Positions 18,894 to 27,119 of a stretch of DNA of 64,000 nt are shown piece after piece (position 1 is the first letter of the stretch; each line of letters opens with the position of its first letter). The position numbers and the translations under genes were made by a program. Where the stretch lies: positions 10,147-74,146 of the IMG/VR virus record IMGVR_UViG_2881096153_000005. One strand, 5' to 3'. The notes under the pieces were generated by a model that did not search any database, was not told the origin of the DNA, and saw nothing but the letters and a program-made list of their open reading frames with translations. The DNA comes from a virus. Its lineage: Duplodnaviria; Caudoviricetes.

Positions 18894-19346
18894 TCACCTC
18901 TCTACATTTTGAATCTCACTATCAGATGAGCACAGCTCCTTGCCCGCTTCGAGCAGGAAGCTGACATCTTTGCCTACGGTTTGTACATCGCCGATCGGGC
19001 GCCAGTCGAAGTTGTTGGAACGACCGTAGGAATTTGCCCAGCCGTTAAGAGCATAAACCTGGCCACCTTGATCTGCACGAAAAACGATTGCTTTTTCGAC
19101 ACAGTAAACCTCTCCGGACTCAATGCCGATCAAAGGCCAGGCGTGTCCAAAATCAGCGGCGAAAAATTTTCGTTTGGTTGGTTTTTGTTCTTTGACCTGG
19201 CTCTCTTTTTCAGTGGGTATTGCAGCAGCTTCACTGACCACAGGGTTATCAATTTGATCTTTTGGTTTGTCGCTAAATCTGCCAATCAGGTAAAGGATCA
19301 CAAGTACCCCTAGTAGATAATAAGGCCATCGTCTTGATTTTTTCAT
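18894..19346 (-). CDS. Membrane-anchored YebY/DUF2511-like protein
   Basis: N-terminal TM segment. The WPL...GEVYC..KAIVF.....VYALNGWA pattern resembles YebY/DUF2511. Confidence 0.5.
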   Translation of the reverse strand: MKKSRRWPYYLLGVLVILYLIGRFSDKPKDQIDNPVVSEAAAIPTEKESQVKEQKPTKRKFFAADFGHAWPLIGIESGEVYCVEKAIVFRADQGGQVYALNGWANSYGRSNNFDWRPIGDVQTVGKDVSFLLEAGKELCSSDSEIQNVER

Positions 19347-19462
19347 CTTAAATAGGCAAATAGTTATATAGATAGGAAGGGTTACTAATTTTAAATAATA
19401 CGGTTACATTGGCACCTTTTGTGTATATGTATCCGCGCTAGTTAGGCTTGAAAATTAATCCA

Positions 19463-19807
19463 CTAAGAATTTTTGAGCTGTTCAATTTGCTTTTGCTGCG
19501 ATTTTACTTTTTCCTCCAACATGTTTTTTGCTATGCGTTGAAGATCAAGTAGTTCATTGATCGGTATGGTCACATAACCAGCTTCTGGCTCAGCACTCAC
19601 AGTTGGTTTTGGTAGCTCTACTCCCCGAAATAGCCAATCCATAGAAACGTTGTATTTCTCACAGATTTTCATTGCCAAATCTACCGATGGGGTTGAATTC
19701 CCTGTCTCGATCTTGGAGATCTGCTGTCCTGACACGCCCAATTCTGCCCCAAATTCTGTAAGGTTTTTTTCGCCTCTCAGTTGACGAATTCGCTTTGAAA
19801 TAGACAT
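19463..19807 (-). CDS. XRE-family HTH repressor (CI-like)
   Basis: IRQLRGEKNLTEFGAELGVSGQQISKIETGNSTPS...KYNVSMDWLFRG; divergent from the early operon. Confidence 0.9.
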   Translation of the reverse strand: MSISKRIRQLRGEKNLTEFGAELGVSGQQISKIETGNSTPSVDLAMKICEKYNVSMDWLFRGVELPKPTVSAEPEAGYVTIPINELLDLQRIAKNMLEEKVKSQQKQIEQLKNS

Positions 19808-19841
19808 CTGATTTTATTTAGATTTAGTCTTAATACAAATT

Positions 19842-19918
19842 AGTTGTGTTTTTAAAATATCAGTTGTAATATTCAACCACTATTTTATAAATTTGAATCG
19901 TGGTTGTATTTAACAACT
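19842..19918. promoter_or_regulatory. Candidate operators and rightward promoter of the genetic switch
   Basis: Palindromes AGTTG-N7-CAACC (19862-19878) and GGTTG-N7-CAACT (19902-19918), half-site AGTTG at 19842, and a Bacteroidota -7 element TAAATTTG at 19888-19895. Confidence 0.6.
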
Positions 19919-19935
19919 ATCATTCATATTTATGA

Positions 19936-20286
19936 ATGCAAAATAACACAATAGGACAAGTGTCACAACACGTAGAATTACTTGATATGGCTGAACGGAC
20001 AGATCCAATGCTAATCGGCATTGAGGGTAAACGAGCGAGACGTCAAAGGATTAAGGAGCTAATTTCCACGGTTAAAGGCAATCGTGGTTGGCGGAAAGGT
20101 TTCACCGATCGCTATCCGGCCTTTGACAGTTTGTCCGGGAGTAGCTTACTAACTCTTGCTCAGCAAGGACGGACAGATGATCCAGAACTTCTGAAAGCAA
20201 TAGAAGAGTGGATACCCTTCGTGATTGAAACGCAACCTGACTGGTTCATCAAGCAAAATCACCTCAGAAACCCTCCAATCGTATGA
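19936..20286 (+). CDS. Hypothetical protein in Cro position
   Basis: First gene of the rightward operon; no motif recognised. Confidence 0.55.
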   Translation: MQNNTIGQVSQHVELLDMAERTDPMLIGIEGKRARRQRIKELISTVKGNRGWRKGFTDRYPAFDSLSGSSLLTLAQQGRTDDPELLKAIEEWIPFVIETQPDWFIKQNHLRNPPIV

Positions 20287-20612
20287 CCACTATTTCAATT
20301 TCCCTTCCGGAAGAGCAGCTCGAAAAGCAAGATATGCTTTTGGATGCGACGCAGGCACTTTTGGCCGAAATGCGTTCGCAGGTATGGTTGACCGAAGAAG
20401 AAGCAGCTGCACACTTCAAGGTAAGCAAAAGCACCTTTCGCCGGTGGCTTGTCGATGGGTGGATTCGGCACTACAAGTACGACGGTGTGTTGCGGTTCAA
20501 CCGTCGTGAGTTGGATGAAGATTTCAGCCGGAAAGCACTTGTGCGGGCTGCCAATGAGCCACTCCTACGAAAAATGCCTTTGCCTAACGCTCGTAAACAA
20601 GCTGCCCAATGA
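20283..20612 (+). CDS. Excisionase-like MerR/HTH_17 DNA-binding protein
   Basis: WLTEEEAAAHFKVSKSTFRRWLVDGWIRHYK....LRFNRRELDE. Confidence 0.8.
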   Translation: MTTISISLPEEQLEKQDMLLDATQALLAEMRSQVWLTEEEAAAHFKVSKSTFRRWLVDGWIRHYKYDGVLRFNRRELDEDFSRKALVRAANEPLLRKMPLPNARKQAAQ

Positions 20613-20739
20613 TATATATCGCTCTCTACATCGCTGCCTACCTGGGCGTGCTGGCCTTTGGCCGGTGGATCGTGCTTGACATGGCGAAAAACAACAATAA
20701 GTCAATCAATTAATTCACCTATACCTATCAATTAAGCAC

Positions 20740-21192
20740 ATGATAGAATTATTCACCCCTGTTACAATACCCCCGAGCGCCAGAGGAGTAGGCGCAGGTC
20801 TGCCAGCCTCGATCACGATCAGGACCACTGGTAAAATCAGTTTCAACCGCGACGCCATAAATACCTTTTTCCAGACAGGAGCTAAAACGGCGATCTTCGG
20901 AAAACTGGAAGAAGACATGCTCTTCATCCCGTCTTTGGAAAATGGCTACACGCTTCGGGCGAATAAGAGTGGTATTCTGGAATTCTCAAATATCACCCTG
21001 GCCGAAAAGCTGATCGCCGCTATTCCGAAACGGTTGCAAAATCAGGATGCCAACTGCTATCGCATCAGGATCGCTGCGCAGCCGATGGACATTGAGGAAC
21101 CGTCGCTGCCGAAAGGCACCAAAATATTTTCGATTCTGACCAGCAGCGCCGTGGCTTTACTGCCTCCCGCCAAAAAAACGGCAAAGTCATGA
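20740..21192 (+). CDS. Hypothetical protein
   Basis: Preceded by the CAATTAAGCA motif; coupled to the next gene. Confidence 0.65.
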   Translation: MIELFTPVTIPPSARGVGAGLPASITIRTTGKISFNRDAINTFFQTGAKTAIFGKLEEDMLFIPSLENGYTLRANKSGILEFSNITLAEKLIAAIPKRLQNQDANCYRIRIAAQPMDIEEPSLPKGTKIFSILTSSAVALLPPAKKTAKS

Positions 21193-21530
21193 GCAGAATC
21201 GCACAACGTCAAAAAAGCCTGTCCGAGAATATCGAAAGATTTCGGACGTCAGGCGGGAACGAAACAGCCGAGCGGGCTTCGCTTAGCTCCATTCTTAGGG
21301 ATATGCACTTTCTCGCAATCCCGCCGAGCTCACTGATTACGGTGCAGGATCGTAAAGCTAACCTACTGAATTTGTTGGATGATGCGGGTAGTGGCCGCAC
21401 GGTTGAGAGCATCGAGAGTGATAGGAAAGTTTCCTATCCCTGCGCCAGCTGCGGGAAACCGCACCCTACGCCTCAGGCCCGCGCCGCCCATGGACGTTTT
21501 TGCAAGAAAGGAGGGCGTGATGGACAATGA
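21189..21530 (+). CDS. Hypothetical protein with C-terminal CxxC...H...C zinc-finger-like motif
   Basis: CASCGKPHPTPQARAAHGRFC; ATGA-type coupling. Confidence 0.6.
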   Translation: MSRIAQRQKSLSENIERFRTSGGNETAERASLSSILRDMHFLAIPPSSLITVQDRKANLLNLLDDAGSGRTVESIESDRKVSYPCASCGKPHPTPQARAAHGRFCKKGGRDGQ

Positions 21531-21753
21531 GAATCAGGGCATTGTACGTGGGCTGCATACTCAGTTGCTTTTGTTGGCCGGAGCGAAGGCGCTGTTTCCA
21601 GAGATCTGCGAGAAGCTCACCCCAAACGACGAGAATGGGAAGCCGTTTATCAATATCTATACGATGAAGGAGCTGATAGATGCAGCCTTTGAAGCGATGG
21701 AAAATCAGGTACACAATGCACCAAATTACTTAGAGCGATGGGAAAATCTGTAA
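21520..21753 (+). CDS. Hypothetical protein
   Basis: ATG at 21520 overlaps the end of the previous gene. Confidence 0.5.
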   Translation: MDNENQGIVRGLHTQLLLLAGAKALFPEICEKLTPNDENGKPFINIYTMKELIDAAFEAMENQVHNAPNYLERWENL

Positions 21754-22028
21754 GTAAATCTGTCGAAGTGTGGATTCCTTCGGAGAACATCCGGGAAACG
21801 GAATATCTGTATGAGGTGACAGAAACGATTAGTGCCGATGGTATGCCTCGCATGGAGCAGGTGCATTTGGGGACGGTGTATCAGGATCCGAATACGCAGC
21901 ACTACATGGCCTATGTGGCGCGTCCTACTCCGGGTAAACATCTGGTAGCATTTTGGAACCTTGAAAGTGCCAAATGTGCATTGACATTCGAACTATGTAA
22001 GGGTCAAGACGATGGAAAATTACTATGA
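21738..22028 (+). CDS. Hypothetical protein
   Basis: Overlapping, coupled ORF in the early operon. Confidence 0.55.
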   Translation: MGKSVSKSVEVWIPSENIRETEYLYEVTETISADGMPRMEQVHLGTVYQDPNTQHYMAYVARPTPGKHLVAFWNLESAKCALTFELCKGQDDGKLL

Positions 22029-22267
22029 ACGAAGAGCCAGGAACAACGCCCGGACGAGCCTGGGCAAACGAGCTCTGCGCAAGGCTCGAACAGCGCTCGA
22101 AGCAATTTTCGTTTTGGGAAGCAGCCTACGAGGACTCCTTGGGTCGAACGTGGTGGGTCGTGTGGGACCGATGGGGCTGCACCCGAAACGGGATCAAGAA
22201 GAAAATGCAAAGCGCACTTAATTATTATCTCGAAACGCCCATTCCTGGGCAAGAGGAAAGTCAATAG
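22025..22267 (+). CDS. Hypothetical protein
   Basis: ATGA overlap with the previous stop. Confidence 0.5.
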   Translation: MNEEPGTTPGRAWANELCARLEQRSKQFSFWEAAYEDSLGRTWWVVWDRWGCTRNGIKKKMQSALNYYLETPIPGQEESQ

Positions 22268-22285
22268 ATAGAGGGTTTAGGATTT

Positions 22286-22545
22286 GGGGGGTGGGCTGCC
22301 TATCAGGCCACGGGGCATTCGGGAAAAGGCCCAGGTCCGGTTCGAGTCCGGGAATGCCACGAGTTTTTGATTATTGGTTAAAAGGAGGTTTGAAACGTGG
22401 GGGGTGGGCTGCCTAACAGGCCACGGTTGGGGGTGTCGGGACTATGGGCCCGCTGGCGATTCGCGATCGCCCATTCCGCAGGGTAGGACAGACCTACATG
22501 AGTGCCCAGGAACCCGAAGTGGAGTAACGTCCGCTTCGGGGAAAG
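22286..22545 (+). ncRNA. Candidate structured RNA: two tRNA-like mini-modules plus two hairpins
   Basis: 28-bp direct repeat (22286-22313, 22399-22426). Each copy is followed by an acceptor-like stem, a small hairpin and a 5-bp arm with a TTCG 7-nt loop. Further hairpins at 22483-22497 and 22513-22540. Confidence 0.55.
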
Positions 22546-22583
22546 GGGAAGTTTTTGTTGATTGTAATTACCGAAGCACCTAA

Positions 22584-24077
22584 ATGAGTAGACTAATCCG
22601 CATTGAAACCTCGGATGCGTATTCGAGGTTTCTGAACGCCTTTCGCCAGTACAATGCTAATTGCCCAGTGGAGACCCACGAGCGCAAACGTACCACGAAA
22701 GATGGAGACGCTTTCACGCAGACGGTTCCGAGGAAAGTTGGGATATTAAAAGAAAGCCTGAAAGTCACCTTTTACAACGTCCTGACGGAGTACATCTATG
22801 CCTACAATACGTCGATGAAGAATATGCCGGAAGGCATGTACACGCAAGCCGACCCGCCGGGCGTGCTGACGAACTGCGTTCACCTGGCCTGGCTGTGCGA
22901 TTGCAGCGACCGAACCGTTCGGAATCACCTGGATCGTTTGAGAGAATTGGGCTTCATAAGGACGAAATTTCGTGGCCGGAAACACGATTTTCAGCTGTGG
23001 ATAAGTAGCGAAATCCTGTTTGGCGGAGAGGGCGAAAATTTTGAAAAAATGCCCCAAAACGGCCTTCCTGAGGGGGTTTCTAAAAATTTTCCGCCTAATA
23101 ATACTCACAGAGAGTATATAGAAAAAGAAAAAGGGAATGCGGATTTGTTGATTAAACACGGAGAGAACATTTACGGAGAGAGGGGTCGGACTGACCAGGG
23201 GGACACAGCCCCATCAAACGCTTCGGAGAATGCCGAGCTGGAAGTACAGAGAGGGAGAGGTTCCGGCGGGGGGCGCGGCGAGATCGTGGCCGCAAACGCC
23301 GAAATGCGCCAAAGCCGGGCCAATGAAATGCTTTCGAAGCGAAATCCACGAACTCCACGCAATTTGCACCCGCGGCTCCGGGAAATGCTCGTCGAATTTT
23401 GGCTTTATGCCTGGAAAGTAGTCTACACTGGACGGGATTTCAGCCACGAACAACAGGAAAAGGCCATGCTTGCGATCATGGCCGGCGTTTACAACAACTT
23501 CTCCCCGGCCCGATCAGAGGCCGAATGGGTCGATTTTCAGACTTACCAACTGGGCAAGCTCGACAAGGCTGCCCGCTACTACGACCACCATCCGGATGCT
23601 TACAAACCTGATCCCTATGCGGTGCAGGTAGCTGGAAAGGGCTATTTCGATGCCGAAAACGTGAAAGGTTTTATCGGGATTGATGCCTGGGTGAAGAAAG
23701 ATGCCCTGAAAGATCTGAATAACAAAGCTGCCTATGCCGAACGGAAAGAAGCGAAGATCCGCCGGTGCGAAGGTCTGCTCCGGACTGCCCGGCGTGATTT
23801 TGAAAAGCTGCATGCTGGTATTAAGCCCAGGAAAGAAGTGGCCGAGAAGACCGAAATCGGGCTGTTTCAGTACTGGAAGGTGATCATGGAAGCGCAGGGA
23901 GACGCCTGGCTTCGGAAGTTTGCGAGCCAGTACATCGAGCAGAAAGGAAAGAATTTTGAACCGCCTAAGTATCTCAAAAGCAAACGTCTGCGCTACAAAG
24001 CTGGCGAAATGAAGCAGGAAGTCGTGGTGTATGTCGAAGACTACATGAATGATGGAGAAGGCTACTATACCGAGTAA
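22584..24077 (+). CDS. Putative replication initiator (N-terminal winged HTH)
   Basis: HLAWLCDCSDRTVRNHLDRLRELGFI wHTH, low-complexity linker, and typical position in the early region. Confidence 0.65.
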   Translation: MSRLIRIETSDAYSRFLNAFRQYNANCPVETHERKRTTKDGDAFTQTVPRKVGILKESLKVTFYNVLTEYIYAYNTSMKNMPEGMYTQADPPGVLTNCVHLAWLCDCSDRTVRNHLDRLRELGFIRTKFRGRKHDFQLWISSEILFGGEGENFEKMPQNGLPEGVSKNFPPNNTHREYIEKEKGNADLLIKHGENIYGERGRTDQGDTAPSNASENAELEVQRGRGSGGGRGEIVAANAEMRQSRANEMLSKRNPRTPRNLHPRLREMLVEFWLYAWKVVYTGRDFSHEQQEKAMLAIMAGVYNNFSPARSEAEWVDFQTYQLGKLDKAARYYDHHPDAYKPDPYAVQVAGKGYFDAENVKGFIGIDAWVKKDALKDLNNKAAYAERKEAKIRRCEGLLRTARRDFEKLHAGIKPRKEVAEKTEIGLFQYWKVIMEAQGDAWLRKFASQYIEQKGKNFEPPKYLKSKRLRYKAGEMKQEVVVYVEDYMNDGEGYYTE

Positions 24078-24117
24078 TTACCAGTCAATTTATACAACTC
24101 AATTAAGCAAAAAAACA

Positions 24118-24459
24118 ATGAAAGGACGTCAAAAATTCGGGAACAATCCTCGCCCGCCGCTGAGCGAAAACGACCGGGCAGAGCTGATCGACACAAGCAT
24201 GGCCTGTATGGTAGTGCAGTTTCACAACAATGCCAGCCAGGTGAAGCGCTGGTCGAAATGTAAGCAGCGCAAGCACCGCCACATTGGTGATGCGGTGAAT
24301 TACCTGATGTGGCTCGTGAATGAGTATGAACCGTGGTCGGGCTGCGTGGCCAGTGCAGCGATTTTCGACACGCAGCACACAAAAACCACCGGTGCAGGTA
24401 ATAAGGTGTATCAGTACGAAAAAGGCAGTTGGAAACTAGTTAACCCGATCAGCTGGTAA
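24118..24459 (+). CDS. Hypothetical protein
   Basis: ATG at 24118 follows a CAATTAAGCA motif. Confidence 0.6.
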   Translation: MKGRQKFGNNPRPPLSENDRAELIDTSMACMVVQFHNNASQVKRWSKCKQRKHRHIGDAVNYLMWLVNEYEPWSGCVASAAIFDTQHTKTTGAGNKVYQYEKGSWKLVNPISW

Positions 24460-24629
24460 TGAAAAAACCCTTCCTACGCCACGGCTGTGATTTTTTGGTT
24501 GTTACCAACCCCGATCGAAGAATCCCTGCGGATGATGTTTTCCAGATCGTTGATCTGCCCATTGAAAAAGTAGAGCCGGACCTTCATTGGATACCGTCCG
24601 TAGCATTTATTGTTCTTTCACTCAATTAA
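24459..24629 (+). CDS. Small hypothetical protein (56 aa, below ORF-track cut-off)
   Basis: TAATG coupling with the previous gene; fills the gap exactly. Confidence 0.4.
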   Translation: MKKPFLRHGCDFLVVTNPDRRIPADDVFQIVDLPIEKVEPDLHWIPSVAFIVLSLN

Positions 24630-24638
24630 GCAAATAGC

Positions 24639-24980
24639 ATGGAACCAATTAAAATAAAAATTAACTCCTGGCATGTGCAGCATGTGCTGCACTTCTGTGA
24701 AAATGCAGCTGCTATGGCCAACAACCCCAATGCCGCTGACGACCTGATTGTGCTGGCCGAATACAGCCCGAAAATGAGGACAGTGTATTACAGCAAGGGC
24801 CTGAAAGGTAAAAAATTGAGCACGGTTTCAATACCGGTATCCATTGCCCGGATTATCCACCGGCGCTGGCAGCAAGGCAAGGTCACGCAGGAAATGCAGG
24901 AAATACTATCGGCGATTGATTACGAGCTCACGGCCCGGAACCTGAAACCCGATCCATCGAAATGTCGAATTGATTTTTAA
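24639..24980 (+). CDS. Hypothetical protein
   Basis: Preceded by CAATTAAGCA. Confidence 0.6.
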   Translation: MEPIKIKINSWHVQHVLHFCENAAAMANNPNAADDLIVLAEYSPKMRTVYYSKGLKGKKLSTVSIPVSIARIIHRRWQQGKVTQEMQEILSAIDYELTARNLKPDPSKCRIDF

Positions 24981-25001
24981 CTAACTAACCGATTAAGCAA
25001 G

Positions 25002-25328
25002 ATGAAAGTACACATTAATGAAGCGCAGGCGGTGTGGGTGGTGTCGGAGGAAGAGTTGATTGAACGGGGCTTTGTGCTTGCCCCCGATGAATATAAGCGC
25101 TACCGGGACGAGCGCGTGTGGATCCACCCAGGGTGGAAGAGTCCGGAGGGATTTTTCCCAACACTCTCCCACGTAGGGAGCTACTACCACGCCACGATCG
25201 GCTGCCTGCAATGGAAGATCCGGACGCGGCAGGATCTGAAACGTTTTCTGTCTCGTAACGTGCATCCGTTTTGTAATTTGAGGTTGAAACAGGTTCGGGT
25301 ATTGCAGGAAGGAGGTGTGGCATGCTGA
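25002..25328 (+). CDS. Hypothetical protein
   Basis: Preceded by CGATTAAGCA. Confidence 0.55.
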   Translation: MKVHINEAQAVWVVSEEELIERGFVLAPDEYKRYRDERVWIHPGWKSPEGFFPTLSHVGSYYHATIGCLQWKIRTRQDLKRFLSRNVHPFCNLRLKQVRVLQEGGVAC

Positions 25329-25558
25329 TTGAACTATGCTATCCGCAGATTTCATTCGGAATTAAGGCCTTAGAAGTCACCGAAGAAAAATGGGAAGAAA
25401 TCCAGAACATGACCGAAGCCAAAAAGGCTGAGTACATCAACGAAAATCTTAATGAGAGTGAGCAGGATTGGTCATTTGGTGTACGGAATATCCGTGACGC
25501 TCTCAATGCCGAGTATGCATGGATTAAACCAAAAGTAGCCCCTGACCTAACACCCTAA
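25322..25558 (+). CDS. Hypothetical protein
   Basis: Coupled small acidic ORF. Confidence 0.5.
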   Translation: MLIELCYPQISFGIKALEVTEEKWEEIQNMTEAKKAEYINENLNESEQDWSFGVRNIRDALNAEYAWIKPKVAPDLTP

Positions 25559-25707
25559 AACCAAACATTCTTCGGTCGGTTTTCCGGGAATTCTGAAAAA
25601 CCCCTCCGGAGCCTGGTCAGATTGGCCCAGATCAGCCCCCGCAGCACCAGGTGCAGCAGCTGGGCAACCAAATAATGTTCTGTTTTCCAAATAATCAATT
25701 TTTAGTT

Positions 25708-26214
25708 ATGACTTACACAATTATTGCCGAAAGAGGTGACACCAAATTAGCTTTAATAGGTCCTAGCCCTGTAACAACATTAAACCGAATTCCCCTTTTC
25801 GAAATACAGATTGATGGTGACGAGTCTTTTATGAACCTCACAAAAGATGAAGCCAAAATGCTAGTAGATGTGCTATTGCCATGGATTGACGAAGGTAATT
25901 CAGGGAAATTGAGAGGTCCAATAAAAAGACACGCCCTAAAAACTGATAAAGGTTACTTTGATAGAGTTTGGGCAGGCCAAAAAAACTTTGAATTGCGAAA
26001 AAATGACCGAGCCTTTCAGGTTGGTGATACATTACTTTTAAGAGAATATGATCCGGAAAATAGTAGCTATTCCGGTAGGGAAATTCTTGCTGGGGTCGAT
26101 TTTATTTTTTCATCGCTGCCAGGTCTACAAGATGGGTACTGTATAATGAAGATTTTTATCGAAAAACAATACAAAGTTACTCCGGTAGAGATAGAAGGTA
26201 GGTTAACCAATTGA
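25708..26214 (+). CDS. ASCH/PUA-like DUF3850 domain protein
   Basis: HALKTDKGYFDRVWAGQKNFELRKNDRAFQVGDTLLLREYD. Confidence 0.8.
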   Translation: MTYTIIAERGDTKLALIGPSPVTTLNRIPLFEIQIDGDESFMNLTKDEAKMLVDVLLPWIDEGNSGKLRGPIKRHALKTDKGYFDRVWAGQKNFELRKNDRAFQVGDTLLLREYDPENSSYSGREILAGVDFIFSSLPGLQDGYCIMKIFIEKQYKVTPVEIEGRLTN

Positions 26215-26414
26215 GCACTATGGCGAATAAAACTACCCTATCCGAACAAATCGCTGAAATAAAGCGTGAGCTGGCGATGCGGAAGAAAGTCTACCCGGAT
26301 TGGAAACGGACTGGCAGGATTCACCCTAAGGAGGCTGACCACCGGATACAGGTATTGGAAGATCTGCTCGAACGGTTGGAAGGGTTGCCTGGCAAACAGG
26401 GCGGATTGTTCTAA
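26211..26414 (+). CDS. Small hypothetical protein
   Basis: QIAEIKRELAMRKKVYP pattern common in phage early regions; start could be ATG at 26220. Confidence 0.6.
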   Translation: MSTMANKTTLSEQIAEIKRELAMRKKVYPDWKRTGRIHPKEADHRIQVLEDLLERLEGLPGKQGGLF

Positions 26415-26574
26415 GTCCTTTGTCACCAGGTAGAGAGTAAGTAAATTAGAGACATAAGAAAGCCCCCTGTTGTGCGGCAGGGGGCATGTGTCTTTTCACC
26501 GGGCAAGGTGGGGCGACGGAAACAGGAAATTGTTAGCAATGCTAATGTACTAAATAGTAACTGATTTTTCCTGC

Positions 26575-27039
26575 ATGAAATTGTTGATTCCCGTCGAAGA
26601 ACATGTGTACGAATTTTTGACGAGTAGCGAGATGCATGGGCCGCCGCCGCTCGAACTTCGCCGCGATAGCCTGATCGGGCTGTTCGTGATTATGCTCGCC
26701 TCCAAAGGACCTACCGAGCTAAGCCATTTTTACCAGGGGCGGATATGCCCCACGGAAATCTCCTGTCCGAAATTGTTGGAGTGCCTGACGGAATTTCCGC
26801 TCCGGGCGGAGTTCCTGAAAGAAGATAACCTGATGTATGTCGGCAATGCGCTGTCGATGCTCTTTGAACACTCGGCACAGTTCTACACGCTCGGCTACAT
26901 GCGTAGAAACGGGAGTGAGCGTGGTGGGTTGGCGGAGTTCTACCGGGAGTTTCGGATGCAGGACGACCCGATTAAGCAGGAAGCCCTTCGGGCGAAGTCG
27001 AAACGTTTCCGTGCAAGGAATCGCTTACGTGCAACTTAA
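26575..27039 (+). CDS. Hypothetical protein, candidate late-gene activator
   Basis: Last gene before the structural block, with a basic C-terminal helix (EALRAKSKRFRARNR). Function inferred from position only. Confidence 0.45.
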   Translation: MKLLIPVEEHVYEFLTSSEMHGPPPLELRRDSLIGLFVIMLASKGPTELSHFYQGRICPTEISCPKLLECLTEFPLRAEFLKEDNLMYVGNALSMLFEHSAQFYTLGYMRRNGSERGGLAEFYREFRMQDDPIKQEALRAKSKRFRARNRLRAT

Positions 27040-27112
27040 AAATCGTCCCATTTCACTCAAAAATCGTCCCAAAGGGCAAAAATATTGTCCCAAAAACTCA
27101 AAAATCGTCCCA
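27038..27112 (+). repeat. Four phased direct repeats AAAATCGTCCCA
   Basis: GTCC cores at 27045, 27066, 27087 and 27107 (spacing 21, 21, 20 bp); the third copy reads AATATTGTCCCA. Confidence 0.85.
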
Positions 27113-27119
27113 GGCCAAA

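Noticed and set aside
22313-22360. A functional tRNA gene (contains GGTTCGAGTCC)
   Set aside because: Only about 48 nt, with one short hairpin between the acceptor-like stem and T arm, no anticodon arm and no D arm. Kept as a tRNA-like structure only.
27038-27112. Short regularly spaced repeats as a CRISPR array
   Set aside because: Repeats are about 12 bp with 8-9-bp spacers, far below CRISPR dimensions, and no cas genes are present.
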